Source: an uncultured Muribaculaceae bacterium
GTDB taxonomy: Bacteria > Bacteroidota > Bacteroidia > Bacteroidales > Muribaculaceae
Reading direction: 5' to 3'
Length of the DNA stretch: 64,000 nt
Assembly: GCA_910583525.1 (NCBI GenBank)
Contig: CAJTXL010000009.1
Span: forward strand, 6,023-70,022
This document shows, piece after piece, positions 1 through 8,306 of the stretch. Made by a program: the position numbers and the translations under genes. How positions within the stretch are numbered: the first letter of the stretch is position 1; every line of letters starts with the position of its first letter. The notes beneath the pieces were generated by a model, which had not been told where the DNA came from, ran no database searches, and saw nothing but the letters and a program-made list of their open reading frames with translations.

Positions 1-566
1 GAGTTGTCGACGCGGTCTTTAACCTGGCTTTTGAGTGTTGCGCGGACAGCGTCGTCGCTCTGGCCGGCCGTTACGATGTCCTGGAAGACAACGGAGAAGT
101 CGGCCTGTGGCTTTGACTGACGGTAGAGGTCGACAAAGGAGCTTACGAAGTCGTCGCTCTGGTGTGATGCCACGATTTTTTCGGCGCCTGCGAGAGCGGC
201 TTCGAAGACGGAGTCGGTGTCGCCCGCTTTCATTGAACGGAGCATGTCGGGCATGTCGACCTGCAGGATGACGTTCATGCCGCCTTTTAGGTCGAGGCCG
301 AGGCCAACGCCCCATTTGCGTACGTCGTTGAGAGTGTAGTAGCCCATGTACACTTTTTTGTCGCCGAGCGAGTCCATGTAGTGCTTGTAGGCCTGGTTGT
401 AAGCAGCGTCGTCATTGTCGCCGGATTCCTGGATGGCATAAGTTGCGGCCTGGCTCTCGTACTTGTTTGAGATGTATGTGAACGAGAGGTAGAAGAGGCA
501 TACCAATGCCAAGAAAATAGCGATAACACCGGCCACGATGCTTCCTAATTTTCCTTTGCTTTGCAT
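1..566 (-). CDS. secDF: Protein translocase subunit SecDF, N-terminal part (gene continues beyond the left edge)
   Basis: Absent from the ORF track because it is truncated. The reverse complement from ATG 566-564 reads MQSKGKLGSIVAGVIAIFLALVCLFYLSFTYISNKYESQAATYA...GLGLDLKGGMNVILQVDMPDML...SQVKDRVDN with no stop down to position 1. It shows a short N-terminus, one TM helix and a periplasmic domain with the LKGG motif, as in Bacteroidota SecDF fusions. Confidence 0.75.
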   Translation of the reverse strand, partial: MQSKGKLGSIVAGVIAIFLALVCLFYLSFTYISNKYESQAATYAIQESGDNDDAAYNQAYKHYMDSLGDKKVYMGYYTLNDVRKWGVGLGLDLKGGMNVILQVDMPDMLRSMKAGDTDSVFEAALAGAEKIVASHQSDDFVSSFVDLYRQSKPQADFSVVFQDIVTAGQSDDAVRATLKSQVKDRVDN

Positions 567-680
567 GTAATAATATGGTTAAATAATTAATAAATATTCA
601 CAAGGGTTGTTTTGGCTCGCAAATATAGCGAAAAATATCCACTTGGGTGCTATTGTCGTGCGGTTTTTTTGATTTATGTG

Positions 681-2453
681 TCAGAAGCGCAGTGATACGC
701 CTGCGAGACCGTGTAGTCTCTGCGCGCATAGGTTGGGCAAAAACTGGTAGCGGTGCGCGAGCAGGTTTTCGAGATTGACGAATACGTCGAAGTTGTCGTA
801 GATGCTGTATGTTGCGCCGATTGAGAGGTCGTTTTTGTTTCCGAGGTTCTGTTTTACGTATTTATACATGCGCCCGGTGACGCCGACTTGGTCTTGTTGA
901 CATTGCAGATATGAGCGGCATGCGCGTAGATTGTATGTGAGTGATAGATTGAGTTTGTCGATGGGGCGGCATGCGAGGCTGACGTCGATTGTGTGGCGCG
1001 TCCTATCGAGCGCTTCGGGTGAGGCGGCGGTGTTGGCGCTGAAGAAAGTTTGTGCGCCCGCATCTAAGGTGAGGATGTTGCGGTAGGTGTATGATATCCG
1101 GGCGTTCAGGTCGAAGCCTGCCATATTGATGTCTTCCAAGTATAATGAATGGGTGGGCATTGTCAGTATCATGGGGTAGCGCTTTATCGAAGCATACCGG
1201 CCATAGACGGATAGGGCGAGCGCCGGAACGGGGCGAAGGTTTATTCCGAGTTTTATGTCGACAGGCATGGATACGCTTGACGAAGCCCTGTGGCCGGGCA
1301 GGAAGGGGCTATAGTTGTATTGGTCGGACAAGGTGAAGAATTTTTCGCCGCCGTCGGCAGTGATGAACGCGGAGAATGCGGTTGCCGGCAGCCATGTGGC
1401 CTCAACGGCCGGTGCTATGCGGAACGAGGGGCCGTCGGTGTTGTGGGCGATGTCGAAGCGCGCGCCGAGGTGCATTTTGAAGTTGTCGAAAGATAGGTCG
1501 TAGGACGGCGTCAGCGACCATAGCCACGGAGATGGGGTTATGTCAGAAATAAATAACGGGCTTATGTCATGAGGGGCGGCGTCAGGTGACCATCGCCGGG
1601 TTATCCACCCGTGGCGGTGTAGCAGGTCGAAAGAGGCGTCGATGTTCAGCAGTTGTTTTTTGTCGGAAGCCAGTGGAATGGAAATGTTTGCATTGGCTGT
1701 GAGACGGTCGTCGGAGGCTTTTTCGAGGTCATGGTAGCGATATTCTGCCGGGTCGGCGCCAGACATAAAGCCGGCGTTGGATGATGCAACCTGGTTGTTT
1801 CCGAGCCTGAATGTATGATAGCTGAGGTTTGCAGCGTATGATATGTAGCCGTGCTTTTCGATGCCTAAGCCGATGTTGAAGGTGTTGATGCGTTGTTTCT
1901 GCATTCGCGGCCAGGGAGTGGGCGACTTGAGGGCGGCGTGCATGTAGTTGGTTTGGGCTGAGAGGAGAAGGCCGTTGTCGAGGCGGTGAGAGGCGGCGAG
2001 CAGCAGGCGTGCGGTGTTGTCGCTTATGCTTTTTTTGCCGATTTGCGGAAGGGGTGTGTCGTAGGAGTAGCCGTTGAATGATGCGGCGGCATCGAGGTGG
2101 GAGTCTTGGGTATCGACGATGCGGTATCCGGCTGCTGCGGCGAGGTTGTAGATGGGAAAGTATCCGGCCCATAGGTAGCCACGACGGCTGTCGGGAGCTT
2201 CTGTGCCGTTGTGGAGTGCGAGGCTGTCGGGGGCTGCGGTGCCGTCGAAGTCGGCTGCTCGGCTGTATTGGACGGGGCGTATGTCGGGGTGTGTGCCGGG
2301 GAGCTGCGGCATGGCCGGGAAGACGCCGGGAAGGGGTGATGCTTTGGGGAGTGCCAGTTCGATGTCGCGTTCGACCGTTATTTCGGTCGATAGGTCTTGG
2401 GCGAGCGCCGAGGCTGCGAGCAATGCGGTGAGTATGAATATGGTGCGTTTCAT
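681..2453 (-). CDS. Outer-membrane beta-barrel protein, family not recognised
   Basis: 590-aa ORF with a Sec signal (MKRTIFILTALLAASALA/QD), strand-like alternating pattern throughout, and a C-terminal ...GLAGVSLRF aromatic terminus typical of OM barrels. Its ATG (2453-2451) lies 1 nt after the stop of the upstream TPR gene. Confidence 0.6.
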   Translation of the reverse strand: MKRTIFILTALLAASALAQDLSTEITVERDIELALPKASPLPGVFPAMPQLPGTHPDIRPVQYSRAADFDGTAAPDSLALHNGTEAPDSRRGYLWAGYFPIYNLAAAAGYRIVDTQDSHLDAAASFNGYSYDTPLPQIGKKSISDNTARLLLAASHRLDNGLLLSAQTNYMHAALKSPTPWPRMQKQRINTFNIGLGIEKHGYISYAANLSYHTFRLGNNQVASSNAGFMSGADPAEYRYHDLEKASDDRLTANANISIPLASDKKQLLNIDASFDLLHRHGWITRRWSPDAAPHDISPLFISDITPSPWLWSLTPSYDLSFDNFKMHLGARFDIAHNTDGPSFRIAPAVEATWLPATAFSAFITADGGEKFFTLSDQYNYSPFLPGHRASSSVSMPVDIKLGINLRPVPALALSVYGRYASIKRYPMILTMPTHSLYLEDINMAGFDLNARISYTYRNILTLDAGAQTFFSANTAASPEALDRTRHTIDVSLACRPIDKLNLSLTYNLRACRSYLQCQQDQVGVTGRMYKYVKQNLGNKNDLSIGATYSIYDNFDVFVNLENLLAHRYQFLPNLCAQRLHGLAGVSLRF

Positions 2454-2454
2454 T

Positions 2455-5439
2455 TTAGTCCTGTTTTTCGCCGAGTCGGCTGTCTATCATCATGAAAATG
2501 TCGGTTTCGCTGCCGGGGTAGTTGTCGCGCAGGGCTTCGAGGTATTCTTTTGCTTCGAAGTTTTTGCCTTGTGCGGCGTAGATGTCGCTTATTAGGATGA
2601 ATGCTCGAGCGACCCAGTAGCGGTGCGGCGAGCCTGAACGTGTGAGTTTCTGCGCGATTTCGAGCGCTTTTTTGTCTTTTCCGGCGTCGTGGAGTGCATC
2701 GGCGGCTTCGTAGGCACTTTTTGCGCCGAAGAGGTCGGCGGTGTCGGCTGACATTTCGAGCCACATCGCTATGGCGGCGTCGTTGTCGCCGGCATCCTGC
2801 AAAGCGGATGCTTTGGTGAATTTTGCTTCTGTGCCGGCTGCGGCACCTGCCGATGAGGCTATTATTTCGTCGGCGATGTTTCCGGCGAGGGCCATGTCGC
2901 CGATGTCGCGTGCGGTGCGCATTACGCCGAGGCGCGCCTGTGTTGCCGTGGCGGCGTCGGATGCTTTCTGCCTGAGCTGCTGCCACAGGCTGAGGGCGAG
3001 TGGCAGGTCGCCGTTTTTATATGCGTTTTGGGCGAGGATGGCGAGTGCGCGTTCGGCGGCTCGGCTGTCGGGGTATCGGTCGACGATGGCGGATGCGATT
3101 TCATGCGCTTGTGCGGCTTGTCCGTTGCCGGCGGCGTTGTCGAGTAGCATTCCCATGGCGAGGGGTGCGTCGGGCGAGGTGGGGTATTTTTTGACGAATG
3201 CTTCGAGCTGAGCGGTCTCGCCGCGTTTTTCGTAGGCTTTGACGGCGGATTCGTATGCGAGTTCTTCGGCCTCATCGGCGCTGACGGCCGGCGCTTTGTC
3301 GACGCTCGACATGAAGGAGAGGTATTTGTCGGCGTTTCCGGCGTCGGCGTAGATGTTTTTGAGGAGCGCGGCGGCCTGTGCGGCTTCGTCGGATGTGGGA
3401 TAGAGCCGTATGACCGCGCGGTATGCTTCGACGGCTTCGTCGTTGCGGCCCATGTCGAGGAGTGTCATTGCCATCTGCAGATAGCCGCGGCGTCCTTGTG
3501 ATGTCTGTGGGTAGTCGGCGATGAGTTTGCGGTATGTTTCGACAGCGTCGGCGTTGCGGCCGAGGCTGATTTGTGCCTGTGTGGTTTCGAGGAGCGCGTC
3601 GGGCATGAGTGCGGATGAGCCGAAGCTTCGGCGGAATGTGTCGAGGGCGTCGAGTTTGCCTTGATAGTCACGCATGTATCCTTTCATGCGTGCGGATGCG
3701 AGCGTGGCGTAGTCGCCTGCGGCCGGATTTGCCTGATATGCCTGCGAGTAGTATGCGGCGGCTTGGGGGAAGTCGGCTTTTGCGAAGCTTATGTCGCCGA
3801 GGCGGTTGAGGGCGTCGGCTTTGGCGGCTTTGTCGGTGAGCGCTTTCGCTGCCTGTGTGAAGTATTCGGCGGCTTGCCCGGCTTTGTTTTGGCGATATAG
3901 TGAGTATGCGAGGCCGTAGAGTGCGACGGGGCGGTTTGGCGCGTCTTTGGATGCCATCCGGAGATATGCCTGAAACTTGGCTGCGGCATCGTCGTCGAGG
4001 TTTTTGGCCTGTGCGAGGCGTGCCTGCGCGAGTGTGGTTTCGGCGGCTATTGTCGGGCTGTGTCTGCTGAGGGCGGCGGCCTGCGCGAGGTGGCTGTCGG
4101 CTTGGTCGAGGCGGCCCTGGCGGAGCTCTTCGAGGCCGAGGGCGTAGAGCGTGCGCTGTTTGGCCTGCAATATTTTGGGCGATGGCGAGGCGATGAGGTT
4201 GATGCGTGCGAGTGCGCGGCTGTAGTCGTGGTCGGCCATGTATCCGGCGGCGAGGTACGATGCCACGCGGTCGGTGTAGGGGCCTGAGGGGTATAGGCGC
4301 AGGAATTCTTCGAATGTCTCAGCGGCGGAGGCGAAGGGGACGTCGGCGCCGGCGAATTTGGCTACGGCGTAGTTGTAGAAAGCGGCTTCTCTGACGGCCG
4401 GGTCGTGGTCGGCTTTTGCGGCTTTGTCGAAGGCGAGGATTGCGGCTGAGGTGTCGCCGGTTTCCATGAAGCATTGTCCGGCGTAGAGGTATGCCGACTG
4501 GCGGAGTGCGCCTTGGCCCCTCTCGGTGACGGGGATGAAGCGGTATATGGCGTCGTTGTAGCGGCCGGCGTTGAAGTCGGCGATGCCCATGATGTAGAGT
4601 GCCGACGGCATGGGGGTGTCGGCGTTGGCGATGTATCTGCGCAGATAATCGGTTGCGGCGTCGAGGTCGCCTTCGTGGTAGAGGCTCTCGCCTGCGATGC
4701 GGTTCATCTCGGCCTGTACGTGGCGCGGGAGACCGTCGCGGCGAAGCAGTCGTCGTGCTGTGGCGAGTGCGTTGCGGTAGTTGCCTTGGGCGAAGTCGAT
4801 TGAGGCAAGGTAGTAGTCGGTCATGTCGCCGGGTGGCGTGGCTGTGTTTACTGCTTTGAAGCGTTCGCGGGCCCGGTCGTATTTGCCTTCGTCGAAGTCG
4901 AGTTTGCCGAGGTAGAACATGGCTGCCGACCTGAGGGGACGGTATTTTGCGGCTCGTTCGAAGGAGCTTCGTGCGAATGCCGGCTCATGGACGTCTATGG
5001 CGCATATGCCGCGCCGGTATGCCATTTGGGCGGCGTCGGCTGCCGGCATGCCGCTGTAGTATGTCTTTTTGTAGGCTTCGAGGGCTTGGGCATACATGCC
5101 TTGGGCGTAGAGGCTGTCGCCGATGCCTTTTTGCGCGAGGTAGCAGCGGCTGTCGTAGGGGTAGTCGCGGAGGAAGTCTTGGAATGCGTCGGCGCTGTCG
5201 GCGTAGCGTCCGAGCTTCAGAAGCCACATGGCGCGGCGGTAGGCAATGTCGGCACGGGTGGTGGCGTCTGTCGTTCCGTCAATCAGGCGGAGCTGGTCGA
5301 GCGCGCCTTGGTAGTTTTCTTGAGCGGCCATGGCGTCGGCACGGGCGAGGTCGCCGATGTCGGTAGTGGCGTTGAGCTGAGCCATGGCGGAAAGCGAGGC
5401 CAAGGCCAGGAATATGCCGGCAAATATATGTTTTTTCAT
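2455..5439 (-). CDS. Very large periplasmic tetratricopeptide-repeat (TPR) protein
   Basis: The ORF runs 2455..5472. I chose ATG 5439, which gives MKKHIFAGIFLALASLSAMA/Q (a signal peptide with no lipobox Cys). The rest is about 990 aa of Ala/Leu/Tyr-rich 34-residue helical repeats (A..Y..G.Y..A...F pattern repeated many times). Confidence 0.75.
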   Translation of the reverse strand: MKKHIFAGIFLALASLSAMAQLNATTDIGDLARADAMAAQENYQGALDQLRLIDGTTDATTRADIAYRRAMWLLKLGRYADSADAFQDFLRDYPYDSRCYLAQKGIGDSLYAQGMYAQALEAYKKTYYSGMPAADAAQMAYRRGICAIDVHEPAFARSSFERAAKYRPLRSAAMFYLGKLDFDEGKYDRARERFKAVNTATPPGDMTDYYLASIDFAQGNYRNALATARRLLRRDGLPRHVQAEMNRIAGESLYHEGDLDAATDYLRRYIANADTPMPSALYIMGIADFNAGRYNDAIYRFIPVTERGQGALRQSAYLYAGQCFMETGDTSAAILAFDKAAKADHDPAVREAAFYNYAVAKFAGADVPFASAAETFEEFLRLYPSGPYTDRVASYLAAGYMADHDYSRALARINLIASPSPKILQAKQRTLYALGLEELRQGRLDQADSHLAQAAALSRHSPTIAAETTLAQARLAQAKNLDDDAAAKFQAYLRMASKDAPNRPVALYGLAYSLYRQNKAGQAAEYFTQAAKALTDKAAKADALNRLGDISFAKADFPQAAAYYSQAYQANPAAGDYATLASARMKGYMRDYQGKLDALDTFRRSFGSSALMPDALLETTQAQISLGRNADAVETYRKLIADYPQTSQGRRGYLQMAMTLLDMGRNDEAVEAYRAVIRLYPTSDEAAQAAALLKNIYADAGNADKYLSFMSSVDKAPAVSADEAEELAYESAVKAYEKRGETAQLEAFVKKYPTSPDAPLAMGMLLDNAAGNGQAAQAHEIASAIVDRYPDSRAAERALAILAQNAYKNGDLPLALSLWQQLRQKASDAATATQARLGVMRTARDIGDMALAGNIADEIIASSAGAAAGTEAKFTKASALQDAGDNDAAIAMWLEMSADTADLFGAKSAYEAADALHDAGKDKKALEIAQKLTRSGSPHRYWVARAFILISDIYAAQGKNFEAKEYLEALRDNYPGSETDIFMMIDSRLGEKQD

Positions 5440-5469
5440 GTTTTTCTGTCTGAAAGTGTGTTTGAAATG

Positions 5470-5477
5470 CAAAAATA
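5470..5477 (-). promoter_or_regulatory. Candidate Bacteroidetes -7 box (TAttTTTG) for the TPR/barrel operon
   Basis: The reverse complement of caaaaata is TATTTTTG, which matches TAnnTTTG about 30 nt upstream of ATG 5439. Confidence 0.3.
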
Positions 5478-5984
5478 CGGATAAGTAGAGAGCAATGCAA
5501 AATTTATTTGCGCATTGCCGGTTGTCTCTTAAAGGAGATTTAGTGATTCAATCGGTGTAAAAGTTCGCAAATTTTGTGTACATTTGCAGGCCGACTGAAC
5601 ATAGGGCCCCCTGTCGGAGGGTTTTGAGGGAGGGCGGCAAGACATTTAGACAAAGGCGTTTATCAGCGCTTCTGTTCTTGGCATCTTGAAATCTGGCAGT
5701 TTCAAATCGCAGTCAAGGAAGAGGCAACGGTAGATGTCCATGGATATGTAAATCATGTTTGGTGGCGGTTCTTCGCGACGACGGAGCCGACATCGTGCAT
5801 TTGCATATTTGCGTGGGCTCTGCGTTGCTCGTTCTACTGCGACAGGCACATGCCAGAGCCTCAAGATGCAGAACGGGCAATGGTTCGATACCCACGCTTT
5901 TTTTCTTCATTTCCGGCTTGAGGGTATCGGCCGGTCAAATTAAATTTTGAGAGGGTAATATCCTTTCTTGTCAACTAAACCATT

Positions 5985-7895
5985 ATGAAAAGAGTAATTA
6001 TGCTGTTATGTATGGTCTTTGCCTTGTGCGTTGGCGCAATGGCGGCAACGTACACCGAGGGCAATCTACAGTTCTCTGCTGTTTCTGACGGCAAGGTGTC
6101 GGTATCGGGCTATGTCGATGAGCCTGAGGGTGATTTGGAAATCCCTGCGGTAACTTCTCGCGGCGATGCGGTGTGCGCTGTCGAATGTGAGGCTTTTAGT
6201 AATTGCACCGGATTGACTTCGGTGAGTTTCCCTGAATCACTGACTTCGATAGGCGAATATGCTTTCTCCTGGTGCACGGGTCTGACATCTATAGTCTTTC
6301 CTGAATCACTGACTGAAATCGGAGGGGGTGCTTTTGCCTCGTGTCGGGGCGTGACCACATTGAATCTTCCTGAAACATTGGCCAAAATCGGTGATAGTGC
6401 CTTCAGCGGCATGGGCTTGACTTCGTTGTCTCTTCCGAAGTCGCTTGCCGCAATCGGAAATTTTGTTTTCTACGGCTGTGCCGGTTTGACGACGTTGAAT
6501 TTTCCCGAGTCGCTGACTTCAATCGGCGATGATGCGTTCAGGGACTGTGCCGGCTTGACGACGCTGGCTTTTCCGGCGTCGCTGACTTCGATTGGAGCAA
6601 ATGCATTCAGGGGGTGTGCCGGTTTGACGTCGTTGACTTTCCCTGAGTCGCTGACTTCAATCGGAGAATTTGCGTTTGAGGGCTGTGTCGGTCTGACGTC
6701 GTTGAGTTTTCCCGAATCGTTTACTTCAATCGGAAACGCGGTTTTTTCGGGCTGCACGGGTTTGACTTCGTTGCATTTTTCCGAATCTCTGACTTCAATC
6801 GGTGCTTCGACGTTCAGTGGCTGTACGGGTCTTAAGTCGTTGAGCTTGCCAGAGTCGCTGACTTCAATCGGAGATTATGCTTTTCATGGATGCTCAGGCC
6901 TGAGTTCGTTGAAATTACCGGGGGCGTTGAGTGATATCAGAACTTATGCTTTCAGTGATTGCACGGGTTTGACTTCGGTAATATTGCCGACGTCGCTTGG
7001 CTTTTTGAGTGATGGCGTATTTAACAATTGTACGGGCTTGACTTCGGTGGTTTTTCCGAAGTGGCTTTATTCAATAGGGCGGCAAGCTTTCAGCGGATGT
7101 CTTAATTTGAAATCGTATGGAGTGGATGCCGAGAATGGATATTTTACTTCGGTCGACGGGATTCTGTACGACAAGTCCCGTAAGACTATCGTCCTGTATC
7201 CGAATGCTTATGGAAGTCATTTTTCTATTCCTGATGGTGTAGAGGCGATTGGCGAGGCTGCTTTCAGTGGATGTGCGAACTTGACTTCGGTGGCGTTTCC
7301 GGAGTCTCTGACATCAATCGGCGAGGCGGCTTTCTTCGAGTGCACGGGTTTGGCGTCGATGAGCCTGCCCCGGTCTGTCACTGTGATTGAGGCTTCTGTT
7401 TTTCAAGGCTGCACGGGCTTGACGTCGGTTAAGTTTTCTGATGGGCTTGTGTCAATCGGACGTTTGGCTTTTTTGGAATGTTCCGGTCTTGGAGAGGTGT
7501 GTTTCGGAACAAAGCTTGATACAATATCGTTTGGCGCATTTTGGGGATGTACGTCACTTGATAAAGTGACCTGTCTTGCGCCGGAACCACCGGTTACAGA
7601 CAGTCCTTTTGGAGATGATACCTATGGCAAGTGCGAGCTTTATGTGCCGGAGGGTTCTCTTGAGCGATACAAGGAACAGAGTTCCAATTGTTGGTGGCAG
7701 TTTTCGAGTATCAGGGGTCTCGATATGTCTGGTGTCGGCGACCTCGAGACGGGTCGAGACGAGCCTGTGACGGTTTACGGGCTTGACGGTGTAGTGGTTT
7801 TCGATGGTCTTTGCAGCGAATTGCGTTCTGTGTCTCTCCCACGGGGACTCTATATCGTGAAGGCTCCGAACGGTGCTGTTAAACGGGTTTTCTGA
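5985..7895 (+). CDS. BspA-type leucine-rich-repeat surface protein with T9SS C-terminal sorting domain
   Basis: Signal peptide MKRVIMLLCMVFALCVGAMA. About 20 tandem 23-aa units (FPESLTSIG..AF.GC.GLTSL.). The C-terminus VTVYGLDGVVVFDG...LPRGLYIVKAPNGAVKRVF matches the T9SS CTD pattern. Confidence 0.85.
   Translation: MKRVIMLLCMVFALCVGAMAATYTEGNLQFSAVSDGKVSVSGYVDEPEGDLEIPAVTSRGDAVCAVECEAFSNCTGLTSVSFPESLTSIGEYAFSWCTGLTSIVFPESLTEIGGGAFASCRGVTTLNLPETLAKIGDSAFSGMGLTSLSLPKSLAAIGNFVFYGCAGLTTLNFPESLTSIGDDAFRDCAGLTTLAFPASLTSIGANAFRGCAGLTSLTFPESLTSIGEFAFEGCVGLTSLSFPESFTSIGNAVFSGCTGLTSLHFSESLTSIGASTFSGCTGLKSLSLPESLTSIGDYAFHGCSGLSSLKLPGALSDIRTYAFSDCTGLTSVILPTSLGFLSDGVFNNCTGLTSVVFPKWLYSIGRQAFSGCLNLKSYGVDAENGYFTSVDGILYDKSRKTIVLYPNAYGSHFSIPDGVEAIGEAAFSGCANLTSVAFPESLTSIGEAAFFECTGLASMSLPRSVTVIEASVFQGCTGLTSVKFSDGLVSIGRLAFLECSGLGEVCFGTKLDTISFGAFWGCTSLDKVTCLAPEPPVTDSPFGDDTYGKCELYVPEGSLERYKEQSSNCWWQFSSIRGLDMSGVGDLETGRDEPVTVYGLDGVVVFDGLCSELRSVSLPRGLYIVKAPNGAVKRVF
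6165..7485 (+). repeat. Tandem ~69-bp coding repeats (LRR units) inside the LRR gene
   Basis: Repeated DNA strings such as cctgaatcactgacttc.atcgg / gagtcgctgacttcaatcgg recur every ~69 nt. The boundaries are approximate. Confidence 0.7.
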
Positions 7896-7928
7896 GCTGT
7901 TTCATAACCCCGTCGATGCATCATTGAG

Positions 7929-8071
7929 AGAGGCTGTGTCAAAATTGATAATGAAAGGATTTACTTTGATGTATAAGTGCTAATCACCTGTAAATAAGCA
8001 GTATGTCAAAGATGTGTTGCTGTGGGCTATGGGTGTTTTTTTGAAAATTCTACAATTTTGACACAGCCTCT
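7929..8071. repeat. 19-bp perfect inverted repeat flanking a ~105-nt AT-rich spacer between convergent genes
   Basis: agaggctgtgtcaaaattg (7929-7947) is the reverse complement of caattttgacacagcctct (8053-8071). The arms resemble the GC-clamped hairpin terminators common after Bacteroidales genes, but here they are split by an insert. Confidence 0.6.
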
Positions 8072-8105
8072 ACGTTTTGCGGTGTGTTGGAGTGGGATGT
8101 TCTTT

Positions 8106-8306
8106 TTATGTGTCGGGGATGGTTGCGAGTGCTTTTTCGTTGCGTGTCTGTGTGAAAGAGGTGAATGTGTCGAAGATGTCGGCGAGTGCTATTGTAGCGT
8201 TGCGGACTTGTGTGTCGAACATTTCGACGCCTCGTGCGGTGCCGTGTGTGCGCCCCAGGAGAGCGTCACCGACGCCTGATATGTCTTCGAAGAGTTTTAG
8301 CTGCAT
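8106..8306 (-). CDS. C-terminal segment of the phage portal protein (66 aa), in frame with 8307..9416 across a TAG
   Basis: MQLKLFEDISGVGDALLGRT...FDTQVRNATIALADIFDTF. Its ATG (8306-8304) directly follows the TAG at 8309-8307 in the same frame. The sequence reads as the natural continuation of the portal (crown region). Confidence 0.6.
   Translation of the reverse strand: MQLKLFEDISGVGDALLGRTHGTARGVEMFDTQVRNATIALADIFDTFTSFTQTRNEKALATIPDT

Noticed and set aside
2450-5500. Many 60-170-aa ORFs on both strands across the TPR gene (for example 2450..2986, 4987..5484)
   Set aside because: Same GC-rich artefact. The 2455..5439 frame gives continuous TPR repeats.
5811-5897. tRNA-like element (GGTTCGATACC T-loop-like string plus a 7-bp terminal helix)
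   Set aside because: It is 87 nt long, but the putative T-stem (aatgg/cccac) does not pair, and no D-arm or anticodon arm can be drawn. I kept it only as a generic structured element.
5646-5950. Four 62-72-aa ORFs in the 5.5-6.0 kb gene-free region
   Set aside because: They overlap one another on both strands, have odd composition and show no motif. I treat the region as non-coding.
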